Source: Gammaproteobacteria bacterium
GTDB lineage: Bacteria > Pseudomonadota > Gammaproteobacteria > Eutrophobiales > Eutrophobiaceae
Direction of reading: 5' to 3'
NCBI GenBank assembly: GCA_965248145.1
Contig: OZ252091.1
Coordinates: 3,425,291-3,489,290, forward strand
Length of the DNA: 64,000 nt
This document shows positions 20,160-29,892 of this stretch, in pieces. The position numbers and the translations under genes were made by a program. Within the stretch, counting starts at the first letter, position 1; every line of letters starts with the position of its first letter. The notes under the pieces were generated by a model. That model saw nothing but the letters and a program-made list of their open reading frames with translations. It did not search any database and had not been told where the DNA came from.

Positions 20160-20714
20160 TCACCATGCCTGCGGCGGTTCAATATGCGCCAGGTAGGGGA
20201 TGCCCAGGTCTGCAAATCCTTCCATAGTGCCATAGACCACGTCCACCGCGTCATTGCGTAAGATGTGGTACACCAATGGCGGCGGCGGGCCGTTCCATTC
20301 GTTTACCTTCCCGTCCCGCAATGCCTCAATCAACTTCGCCGCGGCGGCCTGGTCGAGACCGGTAATGCTTTTGCCATAAGTGGCTTTACTCGATAAGTCG
20401 ATTCCCTTTAATGACGATTTGTAAAAATCCTGGTAGGGCGGCTGCACGTTAAAACATTTGATAAACAACATGCTGTCGTTGGGGTCAAGGGTAAGCTGCC
20501 GATCAACAAAATGAGCAACGCCGTTTTCTTTCGCGCCGGGCAGCAAATGCTCACAAATGGCCTCCAGGGTGGAGATTTCCGTCGGGCTCAAGACTGAAAA
20601 AGGAACGTCCCTGCCGTATGCCTCACGGGGAGTAAGCAACAAGGTCTTGCCCGCTACGGTAAAAGTCAGTGCAAGCCCCGACTGCCTGATAAAATTCCTG
20701 CGCGTTAATGGCAT
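20160..20714 (-). CDS. Gluconate 2-dehydrogenase subunit 3-like protein (Tat signal)
   Basis: TRRNFI twin-arginine motif, GVAHFVD.QL; directly upstream of the GMC gene. Confidence 0.8.
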   Translation of the reverse strand: MPLTRRNFIRQSGLALTFTVAGKTLLLTPREAYGRDVPFSVLSPTEISTLEAICEHLLPGAKENGVAHFVDRQLTLDPNDSMLFIKCFNVQPPYQDFYKSSLKGIDLSSKATYGKSITGLDQAAAAKLIEALRDGKVNEWNGPPPPLVYHILRNDAVDVVYGTMEGFADLGIPYLAHIEPPQAW

Positions 20715-20754
20715 GTTCAACAATTACCGGTTTATCCGTACTCGTCGTCAGTGA

Positions 20755-21885
20755 CTATTCATAATGAATTCTCTCAAATTCATGATGATTGGTTAACTCA
20801 ATTCCAAATCCAGTTGTGCTGTCCGGCAAGTCAGAGGTTTTCAGCTTACCATTCACGCCAAACATGATTGGTGGTTCACAGATGTCATTTTTCAACAACA
20901 GGGTACCAAATGCCCCTTCTTGTGCAATGACCAGGTCTTTTGCGTAATTTACCAACGTCAGCGCAGCCCTGGTAAGAAGGCTGGTTTCGCCGACTTGAGC
21001 GCCGACAATTATTTTCATTCCATAATCTCTTGCCTGGTCCGCTATCTCTTTTGATCTTAATATCCCACCCATCTTCGATATGCGCAGGTTAAGTATCCAC
21101 ATATCCGGGCGATCAAACAAATGCTTCATTTGATTTAATCGTAATAAACTTTCGTCAAGAATGATTCGCTTACCTGATTCCTGCGCTATTGTTGACAGGT
21201 CATCAAATTTACCTGGGTTGAGCGGTTCTTCAATCGCGAAATAATCAAGCACCAATACGGACAGGTAATCAATTGCCGATTTATAATCATCCCACAAATT
21301 GTTTGCATCAAATCGGAAACGGGCCGGAAATTCAACAACCTCTTCAATTATTTTACATTTCTCTTGATCCTTTGCTGAATCTCCCGAGAGTTTAATTTTG
21401 TAGTCATCGAAGCCCATGCGGTGGTACTTTTGCAGTATGTGATGAAAAAATTCCGGGCTGCCGTCTCCGATGACGGCTGTATATTTAAATTGGCCGGTTA
21501 ATTCAGGGAGGTTAATCAATCTTTCTATTGATACTCCTGAATCTTTTGCGAGAAGGTCCAGGAAAGCCAATTCGACAGCACACATAGCAGCCTGGTTGGC
21601 GTCTATATTCTCAGCATTTCTACTCATCCATTCAGCAAGACTCGATAAGCCGTTTACCCGGTTCTTAAATGAATCAATATTTTCACGCATAAAAGCGCTG
21701 ACGGAATCCAGGTCTTCCGAGGTCACATATTGCCTTGGGCATGACTCGCCATACCCCACAAACCCGCTATCTGACCTCATTTCGACAAGCACACTCTCTG
21801 TCCTGGAACGTTCGGCAGAAGCGTGTTTAAAAGTAATATTGAACGGAATATCTATTTTTTTTAAGATGACCTGACGAACTTGCAT
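20755..21885 (-). CDS. Enolase superfamily (mandelate racemase/dipeptide epimerase-like) enzyme
   Basis: GYGE, KIK, RFDAN, IEEP and LDES metal and catalytic motifs. Confidence 0.88.
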   Translation of the reverse strand: MQVRQVILKKIDIPFNITFKHASAERSRTESVLVEMRSDSGFVGYGESCPRQYVTSEDLDSVSAFMRENIDSFKNRVNGLSSLAEWMSRNAENIDANQAAMCAVELAFLDLLAKDSGVSIERLINLPELTGQFKYTAVIGDGSPEFFHHILQKYHRMGFDDYKIKLSGDSAKDQEKCKIIEEVVEFPARFRFDANNLWDDYKSAIDYLSVLVLDYFAIEEPLNPGKFDDLSTIAQESGKRIILDESLLRLNQMKHLFDRPDMWILNLRISKMGGILRSKEIADQARDYGMKIIVGAQVGETSLLTRAALTLVNYAKDLVIAQEGAFGTLLLKNDICEPPIMFGVNGKLKTSDLPDSTTGFGIELTNHHEFERIHYE

Positions 21886-24023
21886 TATTTTATCGAGCCG
21901 GCACTTTCAGATACGTATTCATAAAAGGAAAATTTCACGGCATCCTTGTATTGCAATATAATGACCTTGAACTGACTTTCCTTTTGCCCATCTTCCAGGC
22001 ATTTCTTTTTAAATGCCTCTCCGGTCCCTTTTTTAATACATTCCAGGGTTAACGCTTTTAACCTTCCGCTTGCCGATTTACTTGCATACTCAATATTTAA
22101 TTTACCTATCGCTGCTTCAATATATTCACGTATTGTCTCAAGTGGATGATTAAGTTCACCGGTTATTTCCAGAAATAATTCGTAATTGGCGCTTGTTGTA
22201 CTGGCAAGCATGATAAAGAACACACTGGTGAAATTAAATTCACGTTCGGCACTGTTTACCGCTTCGAGAACCTGGCATTCATATAATTTCTCTCCGGTAA
22301 TATTTGTGGCGCCTTTTCCTTTTTGTCTGAACCGGAGCGTTGGCGTTTGTTCTATTTTCCCGGTAACTTGAAGCACGTCATTGATGTGATATCGATAAAG
22401 ACCGGAACTGGTGGTGATGAATACATAATATTCTTTACCATTGGAGATCTGATCAATGGTTAAAAATTCTCTCTCATCGTTATCCCATTGCTCTCGTTCC
22501 ACAAACTCAAAGAAATTATCCTGGATGGTCGGCAGGCCAAGATTATTATTGATATCTATGGTTATAGTACCTCTCACTTCAGTCGCCATATATCCAAGTT
22601 CAACCACCTTCGTACCTTGAGGCAGCCCTTGTCGAACGGCATCCAGCGCAATGCCGCAGCTCCCGCCGGTCCAGGTAACGACTGTTTGCAGGAAAGGCCA
22701 GATATCTGCAAAGCAGATTGCGCGCTTTCGTGCATACAACTCACGCAATTCTTCTGCGCGCCACTGATTTGCTCTCAGCTTTGGCGCAATACTATTTTGT
22801 ACCTCAGCAGACAATTTGTCCTGTTCCCGGAAAATGCCCTGCTCCAGGTCATCAACAAATTCATCAAAATACCGGTTAATCTGGGAATGCAACATCAGAA
22901 AAGTGGAAGGATTAGCGGATACCAGGTAGGTAACGTCTTTATATGCAAGCGCGATCCTGAGAATCAGCTTGTATTTAAGTTCATAATCCTCCACGGAAAA
23001 TACTTCAACCGGCAACACGTATTTCGACTTCATAATTGAAGGGATATTTTTATACAACACCCCTGAAACCGAACCATAAGGAGTGCCAAGTTCGGTGTAG
23101 CCCTCAATTGCAGGACTGACAATACCGAGAATTTTTCCACTGAAAGTACTTGGGTTATCTCTATATTGACTATAGGTGAACAGTTTCTGGTGCTTTTTAT
23201 TGCACTTTATGGTTTCTTTCAGGATAGGAATATATTTCGAGGCGCCGGTTGTGCCGCTGGTAACCGCATACATTATGGGTTTTTCTGCGTTAATTATATT
23301 TTCTTTCGTTGCCTCTTGTTCTACAAAATAAGGTCGTAGTGAATCGTAGGTCTGGACAGGTACAAGTCGAGTAAATTTTTCATAAGAATCGATTTCATTA
23401 AACTTATGCTCCTTACCAAAACGCGTATCCCTGTTTTTACCAACAACGTCTTTTTCACTGATTCCCAGAAGAATGAAGGGCAAGGCATCGAATAAAAATT
23501 GAGCAGCTTTTTCAATGGGATGAAATCTTCCCGTATTAACCCAATACAGCTTGCCCGGAGAATGATGAACCGCATGGAATCTCCACAGAAAACCGTTTTT
23601 ATGGCAAGCAACGTGAAACCAATAACGCAAAAAATCAGCGCTGAGTACCATAACTATGCCCTGTATCCAGTAAGGCCAGTGATGGGGCCAGTAACTTGAA
23701 ATCGGCAGGCCGCTGTTTTGTGTATAACGCAGCAAAATTAACGCGCTGAGAAACGCCAGCGCTTTGGGCAAGAGCGCCTGAACGAACAACATATAAATAA
23801 CATCGTTTTTTACGTCATCAAATTCAGGACGCCATTGTTGTAAATTGGGAAAATAAATTTCAAATAAAGTGATCATCCCGACTGCCAGGAACACCGGGGT
23901 ATATGTGCTGATTTGCAGGTCAATTCCCCACGACTGCATAGAAACGTGCAGGTATATTGCCATTCCCACACCGAATGGATATATGACCCACGGAAATGTC
24001 CTGTGAAGAAAATTACCGTTCAT
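21885..24023 (-). CDS. Truncated sterol desaturase-like N-terminus fused in frame to a GH3-family acyl-amido synthetase
   Basis: YWFH..CH, WRFHAVHHS and RFHP (desaturase) followed by TSGTTG..KYIP, YMATE, GLYRY.I.D, GEK (GH3). Confidence 0.8.
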   Translation of the reverse strand: MNGNFLHRTFPWVIYPFGVGMAIYLHVSMQSWGIDLQISTYTPVFLAVGMITLFEIYFPNLQQWRPEFDDVKNDVIYMLFVQALLPKALAFLSALILLRYTQNSGLPISSYWPHHWPYWIQGIVMVLSADFLRYWFHVACHKNGFLWRFHAVHHSPGKLYWVNTGRFHPIEKAAQFLFDALPFILLGISEKDVVGKNRDTRFGKEHKFNEIDSYEKFTRLVPVQTYDSLRPYFVEQEATKENIINAEKPIMYAVTSGTTGASKYIPILKETIKCNKKHQKLFTYSQYRDNPSTFSGKILGIVSPAIEGYTELGTPYGSVSGVLYKNIPSIMKSKYVLPVEVFSVEDYELKYKLILRIALAYKDVTYLVSANPSTFLMLHSQINRYFDEFVDDLEQGIFREQDKLSAEVQNSIAPKLRANQWRAEELRELYARKRAICFADIWPFLQTVVTWTGGSCGIALDAVRQGLPQGTKVVELGYMATEVRGTITIDINNNLGLPTIQDNFFEFVEREQWDNDEREFLTIDQISNGKEYYVFITTSSGLYRYHINDVLQVTGKIEQTPTLRFRQKGKGATNITGEKLYECQVLEAVNSAEREFNFTSVFFIMLASTTSANYELFLEITGELNHPLETIREYIEAAIGKLNIEYASKSASGRLKALTLECIKKGTGEAFKKKCLEDGQKESQFKVIILQYKDAVKFSFYEYVSESAGSIK

Positions 24024-24467
24024 ATAAATGAAAATGTTTCAGGTGAAACAAACCAACTACTATCAAAAATAAAGCAAGAACGAAGTGGAAGAATATGGAT
24101 AAGTACGCATGAAACCACACTGATGAGCTGATGAACAGTCCAATCAATGCGCGTATTCCCATGGCGCTTGCATAGAATAATCCAGAATACAGAAATATTT
24201 TCCCGACTGTTCTTTTTGGAACTACTCTCTCAAGTGTGAATTGCACACAAATGTAACCATAAACAAATATAATCAAGACCTGCATCATGAGCAGGTAATG
24301 ATATTGCAACAACCACTATGCCAGGCCTCAAAAGCCGGTAAATACTGAAGGGAAAACTTCGACTGTATTAACTGGGCTGCAACACGAAACAAAAACAGCC
24401 CCAGAAGAATCCACAGAGCAACCCCATACCTTTTGGAGTTTACTTTTAAATCTATCGGTGTATTCAT
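24013..24467 (-). pseudogene. Hypothetical membrane protein split by a frameshift near 24310
   Basis: Two overlapping hydrophobic ORFs (24285-24467 and 24013-24312) join by a one-base shift after AWHSG. Confidence 0.55.
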
Positions 24468-24545
24468 AGAGATAAATACAACTTCATTTAAGTCCTGACG
24501 CCGACGAAACTCCTGTTACGGGTCGAATACTACACCGTTTTAAGA

Positions 24546-24622
24546 TGGCGCGCCCTGAGAGACTCGAACTCCCGACCACCTGGTTCGAAGCCAGGTACTC
24601 TATCCGGCTGAGCTAAGGGCGC
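24546..24622 (-). tRNA. tRNA-Arg, anticodon TCG
   Basis: GCGCCCTTAGCTCAG...CCTGG CT-TCG-AA CCAGG...GTTCGAGTC...GGGCGCGCCA; full 77-nt cloverleaf with encoded CCA. Confidence 0.95.
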
Positions 24623-24657
24623 GCGGTTTGACTTTGCGCCGTCTCTGCACTCATGCT

Positions 24658-25050
24658 TCATCGACACAAATCGATCCTCAAGTCCGTATAACGCGCAAGC
24701 TTGTCGTAGTCAATGTCATTATGAAGGATGGGAAGATCGGCGCGAATAGCGACGGCGCTTATAAGACAATCGATCAACTTGCGAACAGTCTCTCCCTCCC
24801 GGCGGCAGAGGCGATAAAGCGCAGCCGCATCGTCGTAGTCAGCCGGCCCCATGGGAATCACGACAGCCCGTGCAAGCAATCGCTGCAGGCTCCGAAGGTG
24901 TCGTTCATCGCGCGCGCCGGCAAACACTTCCATCCGAACCGCATCGCAGGTCGCAATCTCACTCTCGAGCAGCGCCTCAACACGATTGCAAGCCGCGGAC
25001 CCTGTATCCCGAAGAAATTCAACCCACGCGGACGTATCGATCAGAATCAC
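24658..25050 (-). CDS. vapC: VapC PIN-domain toxin
   Basis: ILIDTSAW, E...G, DCLI, HND.D acidic PIN residues. Confidence 0.92.
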   Translation of the reverse strand: MILIDTSAWVEFLRDTGSAACNRVEALLESEIATCDAVRMEVFAGARDERHLRSLQRLLARAVVIPMGPADYDDAAALYRLCRREGETVRKLIDCLISAVAIRADLPILHNDIDYDKLARYTDLRIDLCR

Positions 25051-25250
25051 GTCAAGTGGCTGGACCGCAACTCATCAAGGTCGCCCTCCCAACCCGACCC
25101 GCGCAGCCTACGCGCTTCATCGGCGTCCAGGGGCTCCGCCGCAAGGGCCCGCAACGCGAAGTTGACCGCCTCGCGCTTCGTCGTCAGACAGTAACGACGC
25201 ATAACCTGCGCGCACGCTTCATCATCAATATTTACGTTAGTGCGTGACAT
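25047..25250 (-). CDS. vapB: VapB antitoxin
   Basis: [10 protein letters not shown]...TKREAVN.AL...GWEGDLD; overlaps the vapC start. Confidence 0.9.
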   Translation of the reverse strand: MSRTNVNIDDEACAQVMRRYCLTTKREAVNFALRALAAEPLDADEARRLRGSGWEGDLDELRSSHLT

Positions 25251-25256
25251 ACACCT

Positions 25257-25285
25257 AGCATACACCATGAGCGGATAGTAGTCAA
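25257..25285 (-). promoter_or_regulatory. sigma70 promoter of vapBC, likely leaderless
   Basis: TTGACT-17-TATGCT with ATG 6 nt downstream; GGTGTATG occurs twice as a possible operator. Confidence 0.65.
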
Positions 25286-25390
25286 AGAAACATCTCACAA
25301 GTGGCGGATTCAAATCACAAGCGCAGCAAGTAATTGCGTTTTGATATTTTTCTGAACCAGTTCAGGCTCATAGCCTCCTGTCAAACTAAA

Positions 25391-26347
25391 CTATCTCCCC
25401 GCCAGTTCAATCAGGTTTTGCACAAAGAAGAACCCGTAAAACAAGGCGGTACAGGCGACCAGGCTGCGCGCCCACCAGGGGCTCTGAACGGCGCGGGGCA
25501 GAGCCTTGCGGTTGAGTAACAGGATATGAACAGCGCTTACGACCAGGATAAACCCGGCTACGTTGGAGGAGATGAGCACCAGCGCCCTGGGTTGAGCCAG
25601 GTTGATCGCAATACACCCCCACAGGACAAAGATACCCAGCAGGGAATAATACAGTCGCCGGATATCGTTGCCGGTGATGCGCCTGATACGCGCACTTATG
25701 CTCCAGATAAGATCAGTGTTGATACGCGCCATCAGGTCAATGGTGACCAGTTGGCTGCCGAACAGTATCCAGAAGCCGTTTACCAGGGTAACAAAGCCCA
25801 GCAAAGCGCCTCCCTCCCGGGCAAGATATTCGGCCTGGAAGGCGCCGATGGACAACCCGCTTATTTCCGTCCCTGCCGGAATAATATGCGCCGCCAGGAT
25901 ACAGTTCAGAAACATGCCGACGAAACAGCCCGCGGCCCAGGCCGGCCAACCGGTGTGAAACAACGATAACAGGATGTATATCCCTCCCCAGAATAGCGGA
26001 TGGGGGGCAAGCCGCATGAATCCGTTAATCACGGGTTCGCCCGTGTAGACCGTATAACGGACAAATTCCAGGTTGAGGACCAGCTGCAAAATAATGGCGA
26101 CGGTCACCACCCACAGCATGGTGAAACCGTATTGCGTCACAACCAGGGGACCCAGCACCCACTCCCCCAGACCGATAGACATGGACAGGACGATGGCGCC
26201 CGGCCCGATAATCCTGATGATGTTACGGAAATTGAAGTCCGGTGGAGCAGGCAGATCGGAAACGTTCCATGCTGGTCTTGTACCGGGTGACGCCGGTAAA
26301 AGGGCAGGATCTATATCAGACGAATTTTCCGGGGTGATATCAGACAT
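25391..26347 (-). CDS. NRAMP-like/APC membrane permease, apparently internally deleted
   Basis: IGPG......SIG.GE..LGP and RYT..TGEP; abrupt jump from GWPAWAAG to CFVGMFL. Confidence 0.65.
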   Translation of the reverse strand: MSDITPENSSDIDPALLPASPGTRPAWNVSDLPAPPDFNFRNIIRIIGPGAIVLSMSIGLGEWVLGPLVVTQYGFTMLWVVTVAIILQLVLNLEFVRYTVYTGEPVINGFMRLAPHPLFWGGIYILLSLFHTGWPAWAAGCFVGMFLNCILAAHIIPAGTEISGLSIGAFQAEYLAREGGALLGFVTLVNGFWILFGSQLVTIDLMARINTDLIWSISARIRRITGNDIRRLYYSLLGIFVLWGCIAINLAQPRALVLISSNVAGFILVVSAVHILLLNRKALPRAVQSPWWARSLVACTALFYGFFFVQNLIELAGR

Positions 26348-26766
26348 TATCGTAGCTCTGGATGACGACAGTTCATGGAGCAGGGCTATCATTCACGTCC
26401 TTGTGACTGGATGCCGGACATTCCCTGTCCGGTACGACGATGCCCTGCCAACTTTGGAATGATCCTGGGTTCTGGAGATTTCCCCGGTCTGTATTTTACA
26501 GACAATGATACAATATTTGTGGATAAGCAACCTGAATAACCTGTTCCCCGACCGGGAATAGTCACGTTTATATTTAAGTAACGCCAGGGGCGCATTTATT
26601 CTGAAAGTCTATAACGTTCACAAGTACCCGGTAATTCCCTCGATATCATTTACGGCGCCCGGAGGACGACCGGGAATCTTGCGATAATTTTTGCATAAGA
26701 CTATGTAGTGGTTTATTCTCTTGATAGTACTTCCATATTGATGTTTTGGAGCTTTCTATGAGGCAG

Positions 26767-28662
26767 ATGAGCAATAGAAAACTCAAGAGACGAGTGCAAG
26801 ACTCGTCTCTTGATCCTTTTGAAATCGAAAATGTCATTATTCGGTTTGCCGGAGATTCCGGTGATGGCATCCAGACGACAGGCGCCCTGTTCAGTCATGA
26901 TTCGGCGATTGCCGGCCATGATATCAGTACCTTACCCGATTTCCCTGCTGAAATTCGCGCGCCGGCCGGCACCCTGGCAGGGGTGAGCAACTTTCAATTA
27001 AATTTCTCCTCTTATGATATCCACACACCGGGAGACAGGCCCGACGTGCTGGTGGCACTCAATCCTGCTGCCCTGCAAATTAACCTGAAAGAAGTAAAAC
27101 CGGGCGGCGTCCTGATGTTGAATCATGACGCATTTGGTGAACAGGGCCTAAAAAAAGCCGGTTACACGAGTGACCCCAGGAAAGATGGCGCCTTATCAGG
27201 CTACCAGGTATACGATTTACCCATTACCTCCTTGACTGTTGCGGCCGTAGAGTCATCCTGGCTGTCACGCAAGCAGGCGACCCTGAGCAAGAACATGTTC
27301 ACCCTGGGCATTATCTCATGGATGTATGATCGCTCTATCGAAGACATTATTGATCGCGTGGATCGGCTTTTCTCCAGGAAGAAACCGGAGCTTGCCGAAG
27401 CCAACAAGCTGGCCCTGCAGGCAGGATACAACTACGCCGATACGGTTGAAGTCTTTACCGCCCGCTTCAGGGTCAGTAAAGCCACTTTACCACCCGGTGA
27501 CTACCGGCGTATCACCGGCAATGAAGCGACCGCGTTAGGCTTTCTCGCTGCATCAGAGTTGTCCGGCAGATCATTGTTTTATGCCTCCTATCCGATCACA
27601 CCAGCCAGTGACATCCTGCACGAATTATCCAAATTACGTCACTTCGGTGTAAAAACCTTCCAGGCAGAAGATGAAATTGCCGCTATCGGCATGGCCATCG
27701 GCGCCGCCTACGGCGGGGCACTGGGCTTAACCGGCACCAGCGGGCCCGGCGTAGCCCTCAAGTCTGAGGCGATTGGCCTGGCAGTGATGACCGAATTACC
27801 GGTTGTCATTGCCAATATTCAACGGGCAGGCCCATCCACCGGTATGCCGACCAAGACCGAACAAGCGGACCTGCTACAAGCCTTATACGGACGAAACGGT
27901 GAATGTCCCGTGCCGGTTATTGCGCCGACAACACCAAGTGAATGTTTCAACATGGCCATTGAGGCGTTTCGCATTGCGGTGAAATACATGACGCCTGTAT
28001 TCTTTTTATCAGATGGCTACCTGGCTAATGGATCCGAACCCTGGCGCATCCCCGAACCCGCTGACCTGCCTGAATTTGAAGTGAATTATTGCACTGTCCC
28101 GGCAAAGTTCGCTCCTTATGCACGGGACGAGGCAACCCTGGCTCGATCCTGGGTAGTGCCGGGCACGCCGGGACTGGAACATCGCATCGGCGGCCTGGAA
28201 AAAGAAGACATTACCGGCCATGTCAGTTACGACTCTGAAAACCATGAGCGCATGGTGCAACTGCGCGCCGCGAAAATACAATCCATCGCTGACGACATTC
28301 CCGACCTGGTCGTCCATGGCCCACAAAAAGGAGACCTGTTAGTCCTGGGCTGGGGCAGCACCAGGGGCGCTTGCCGCCACGCCGTCGAATATGCCCAGGC
28401 AAACGGCTTATCCGTAGCCGGCGCACATGTCCGTTACCTTAATCCTTTCCCGAAAAACATGGCCGCCGTATTAAATAACTTTAAATATGTGCTGGTTCCT
28501 GAACTGAACCTTGGTCAATTACGCATGATACTGCGAGCGGAATTTCTCATTGACGTCATTGGGCTGAATAAAGTTCAGGGGCAACCTCTGAGCACAATGG
28601 AAATTGAAGAAAAGATTTATGAGGTCCTTGGGGCAAATCTTCCAACCGCCGTATATGGTTGA
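26767..28662 (+). CDS. korA: 2-oxoacid:ferredoxin oxidoreductase alpha subunit
   Basis: RFAGDSGDG, YPITPAS, QAEDEIAA, TSGPG, QRAGPSTGMPTK. Confidence 0.93.
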   Translation: MSNRKLKRRVQDSSLDPFEIENVIIRFAGDSGDGIQTTGALFSHDSAIAGHDISTLPDFPAEIRAPAGTLAGVSNFQLNFSSYDIHTPGDRPDVLVALNPAALQINLKEVKPGGVLMLNHDAFGEQGLKKAGYTSDPRKDGALSGYQVYDLPITSLTVAAVESSWLSRKQATLSKNMFTLGIISWMYDRSIEDIIDRVDRLFSRKKPELAEANKLALQAGYNYADTVEVFTARFRVSKATLPPGDYRRITGNEATALGFLAASELSGRSLFYASYPITPASDILHELSKLRHFGVKTFQAEDEIAAIGMAIGAAYGGALGLTGTSGPGVALKSEAIGLAVMTELPVVIANIQRAGPSTGMPTKTEQADLLQALYGRNGECPVPVIAPTTPSECFNMAIEAFRIAVKYMTPVFFLSDGYLANGSEPWRIPEPADLPEFEVNYCTVPAKFAPYARDEATLARSWVVPGTPGLEHRIGGLEKEDITGHVSYDSENHERMVQLRAAKIQSIADDIPDLVVHGPQKGDLLVLGWGSTRGACRHAVEYAQANGLSVAGAHVRYLNPFPKNMAAVLNNFKYVLVPELNLGQLRMILRAEFLIDVIGLNKVQGQPLSTMEIEEKIYEVLGANLPTAVYG

Positions 28663-28691
28663 TCTATAACAAAGACACAACGAGAACGTGA

Positions 28692-29774
28692 ATGAGTGAA
28701 ATAATCGATATCCAACCGGAAACCGGCCTCAAGGCTGCCACATCTTATAACCGTAAAGATTTTACCTCTGACCAAAGCATACGCTGGTGCCCCGGCTGTG
28801 GTGATTATTCAATCCTGGCCCAGATGCAACGGACAATGCCGGAAATTTGTAAAGAAATGAATTTGCCTAAAGAAAACGTGGTGTTTATTTCCGGTATCGG
28901 GTGCTCCAGCCGTTTTCCCTATTACATGAACAACTATGGTTTTCATACCATACATGGCCGGGCGCCGACTATTGCCAGTGGCTTGCGGATTACCCGTCCC
29001 GATCTACAGGTCTGGGTAATCACCGGCGACGGCGATGGCCTGAGTATCGGCGGCAACCACCTGATGCACTGCCTGCGCCGGAATATCGACATTAAAATCA
29101 TACTTTTTAACAACGAGATTTACGGCTTAACCAAAGGGCAATACTCACCCACTTCGAAGATGGGCAAAAAGACGAAATCCAGCCCTTTCGGCACCGTTGA
29201 AAAACCCATTAACCCCCTGTCTATAGCCATTGCGTCAAAAGCAAGTTTCGTTGCCCGGGCAATTGATACCGATAGCAATCATTTAAGGAAAATACTGCTG
29301 CGTATGGCCCGCCACAGGGGTTCGGCCTTCCTGGAAGTATTACAAAATTGTAATGTGTTTAATGACGGCGCCTTTAAGGATTTTACCCATAAGGATGTAA
29401 AAAGTGATCGCACGGTTTACCTGCGCCACGGTGAACCCATTATTTTCGGAAAGCATAACGATAAAGCTATTTCGCTACGCGGCGGCGCAAGCGGTTTACT
29501 GGAACCGGAAGTCATTAACGCGGGCGAAGTTGATAAGACGGAAATTCTTGTCCATGATGAAACATCTTCCGGCACGGCCGGTACGGCGCTTGCGTTCTTG
29601 CTGGCGCAACTGGAACTCCCCGAATATCCGGTGCCACTGGGTGTGTTTCGATCTATTGGAAAACCACTTTACGGCGAGCTGTTGGAGGATCAAATAGAGC
29701 AGGCACAAAATAAATTAGGTAAAGGGGATTTTTTCAAACATCTCCATGACGGTGATATCTGGAAGGTGAATTAA
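28692..29774 (+). CDS. korB: 2-oxoacid:ferredoxin oxidoreductase beta subunit
   Basis: WCPGCGD, SGIGCSSR, GDGDGLSIGGNH, YGLTKGQ.SPT. Confidence 0.93.
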   Translation: MSEIIDIQPETGLKAATSYNRKDFTSDQSIRWCPGCGDYSILAQMQRTMPEICKEMNLPKENVVFISGIGCSSRFPYYMNNYGFHTIHGRAPTIASGLRITRPDLQVWVITGDGDGLSIGGNHLMHCLRRNIDIKIILFNNEIYGLTKGQYSPTSKMGKKTKSSPFGTVEKPINPLSIAIASKASFVARAIDTDSNHLRKILLRMARHRGSAFLEVLQNCNVFNDGAFKDFTHKDVKSDRTVYLRHGEPIIFGKHNDKAISLRGGASGLLEPEVINAGEVDKTEILVHDETSSGTAGTALAFLLAQLELPEYPVPLGVFRSIGKPLYGELLEDQIEQAQNKLGKGDFFKHLHDGDIWKVN

Positions 29775-29892
29775 GACATTTGGGGTCAGAGTAAAAATAC
29801 GCATCAATGAACCTGCACCATCTGCAAACCTGACAGTATTTTTACTCTGACCCCAAATGTCCATGCGTATTTTTACTCTGACCCCAAATGTC
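29775..29892. repeat. REP/REPIN-like element copy 3 (three arms; outer arm supplies the phnW stop codon)
   Basis: GACATTTGGGGTCAGAGTAAAAATAC ... GTATTTTTACTCTGACCCCAAATGTC present twice. Confidence 0.9.

Noticed and set aside
20724-20760. att-site duplication of the tRNA 3' end bounding the islet
   Set aside because: No copy of the tRNA 3' sequence and no integrase were seen
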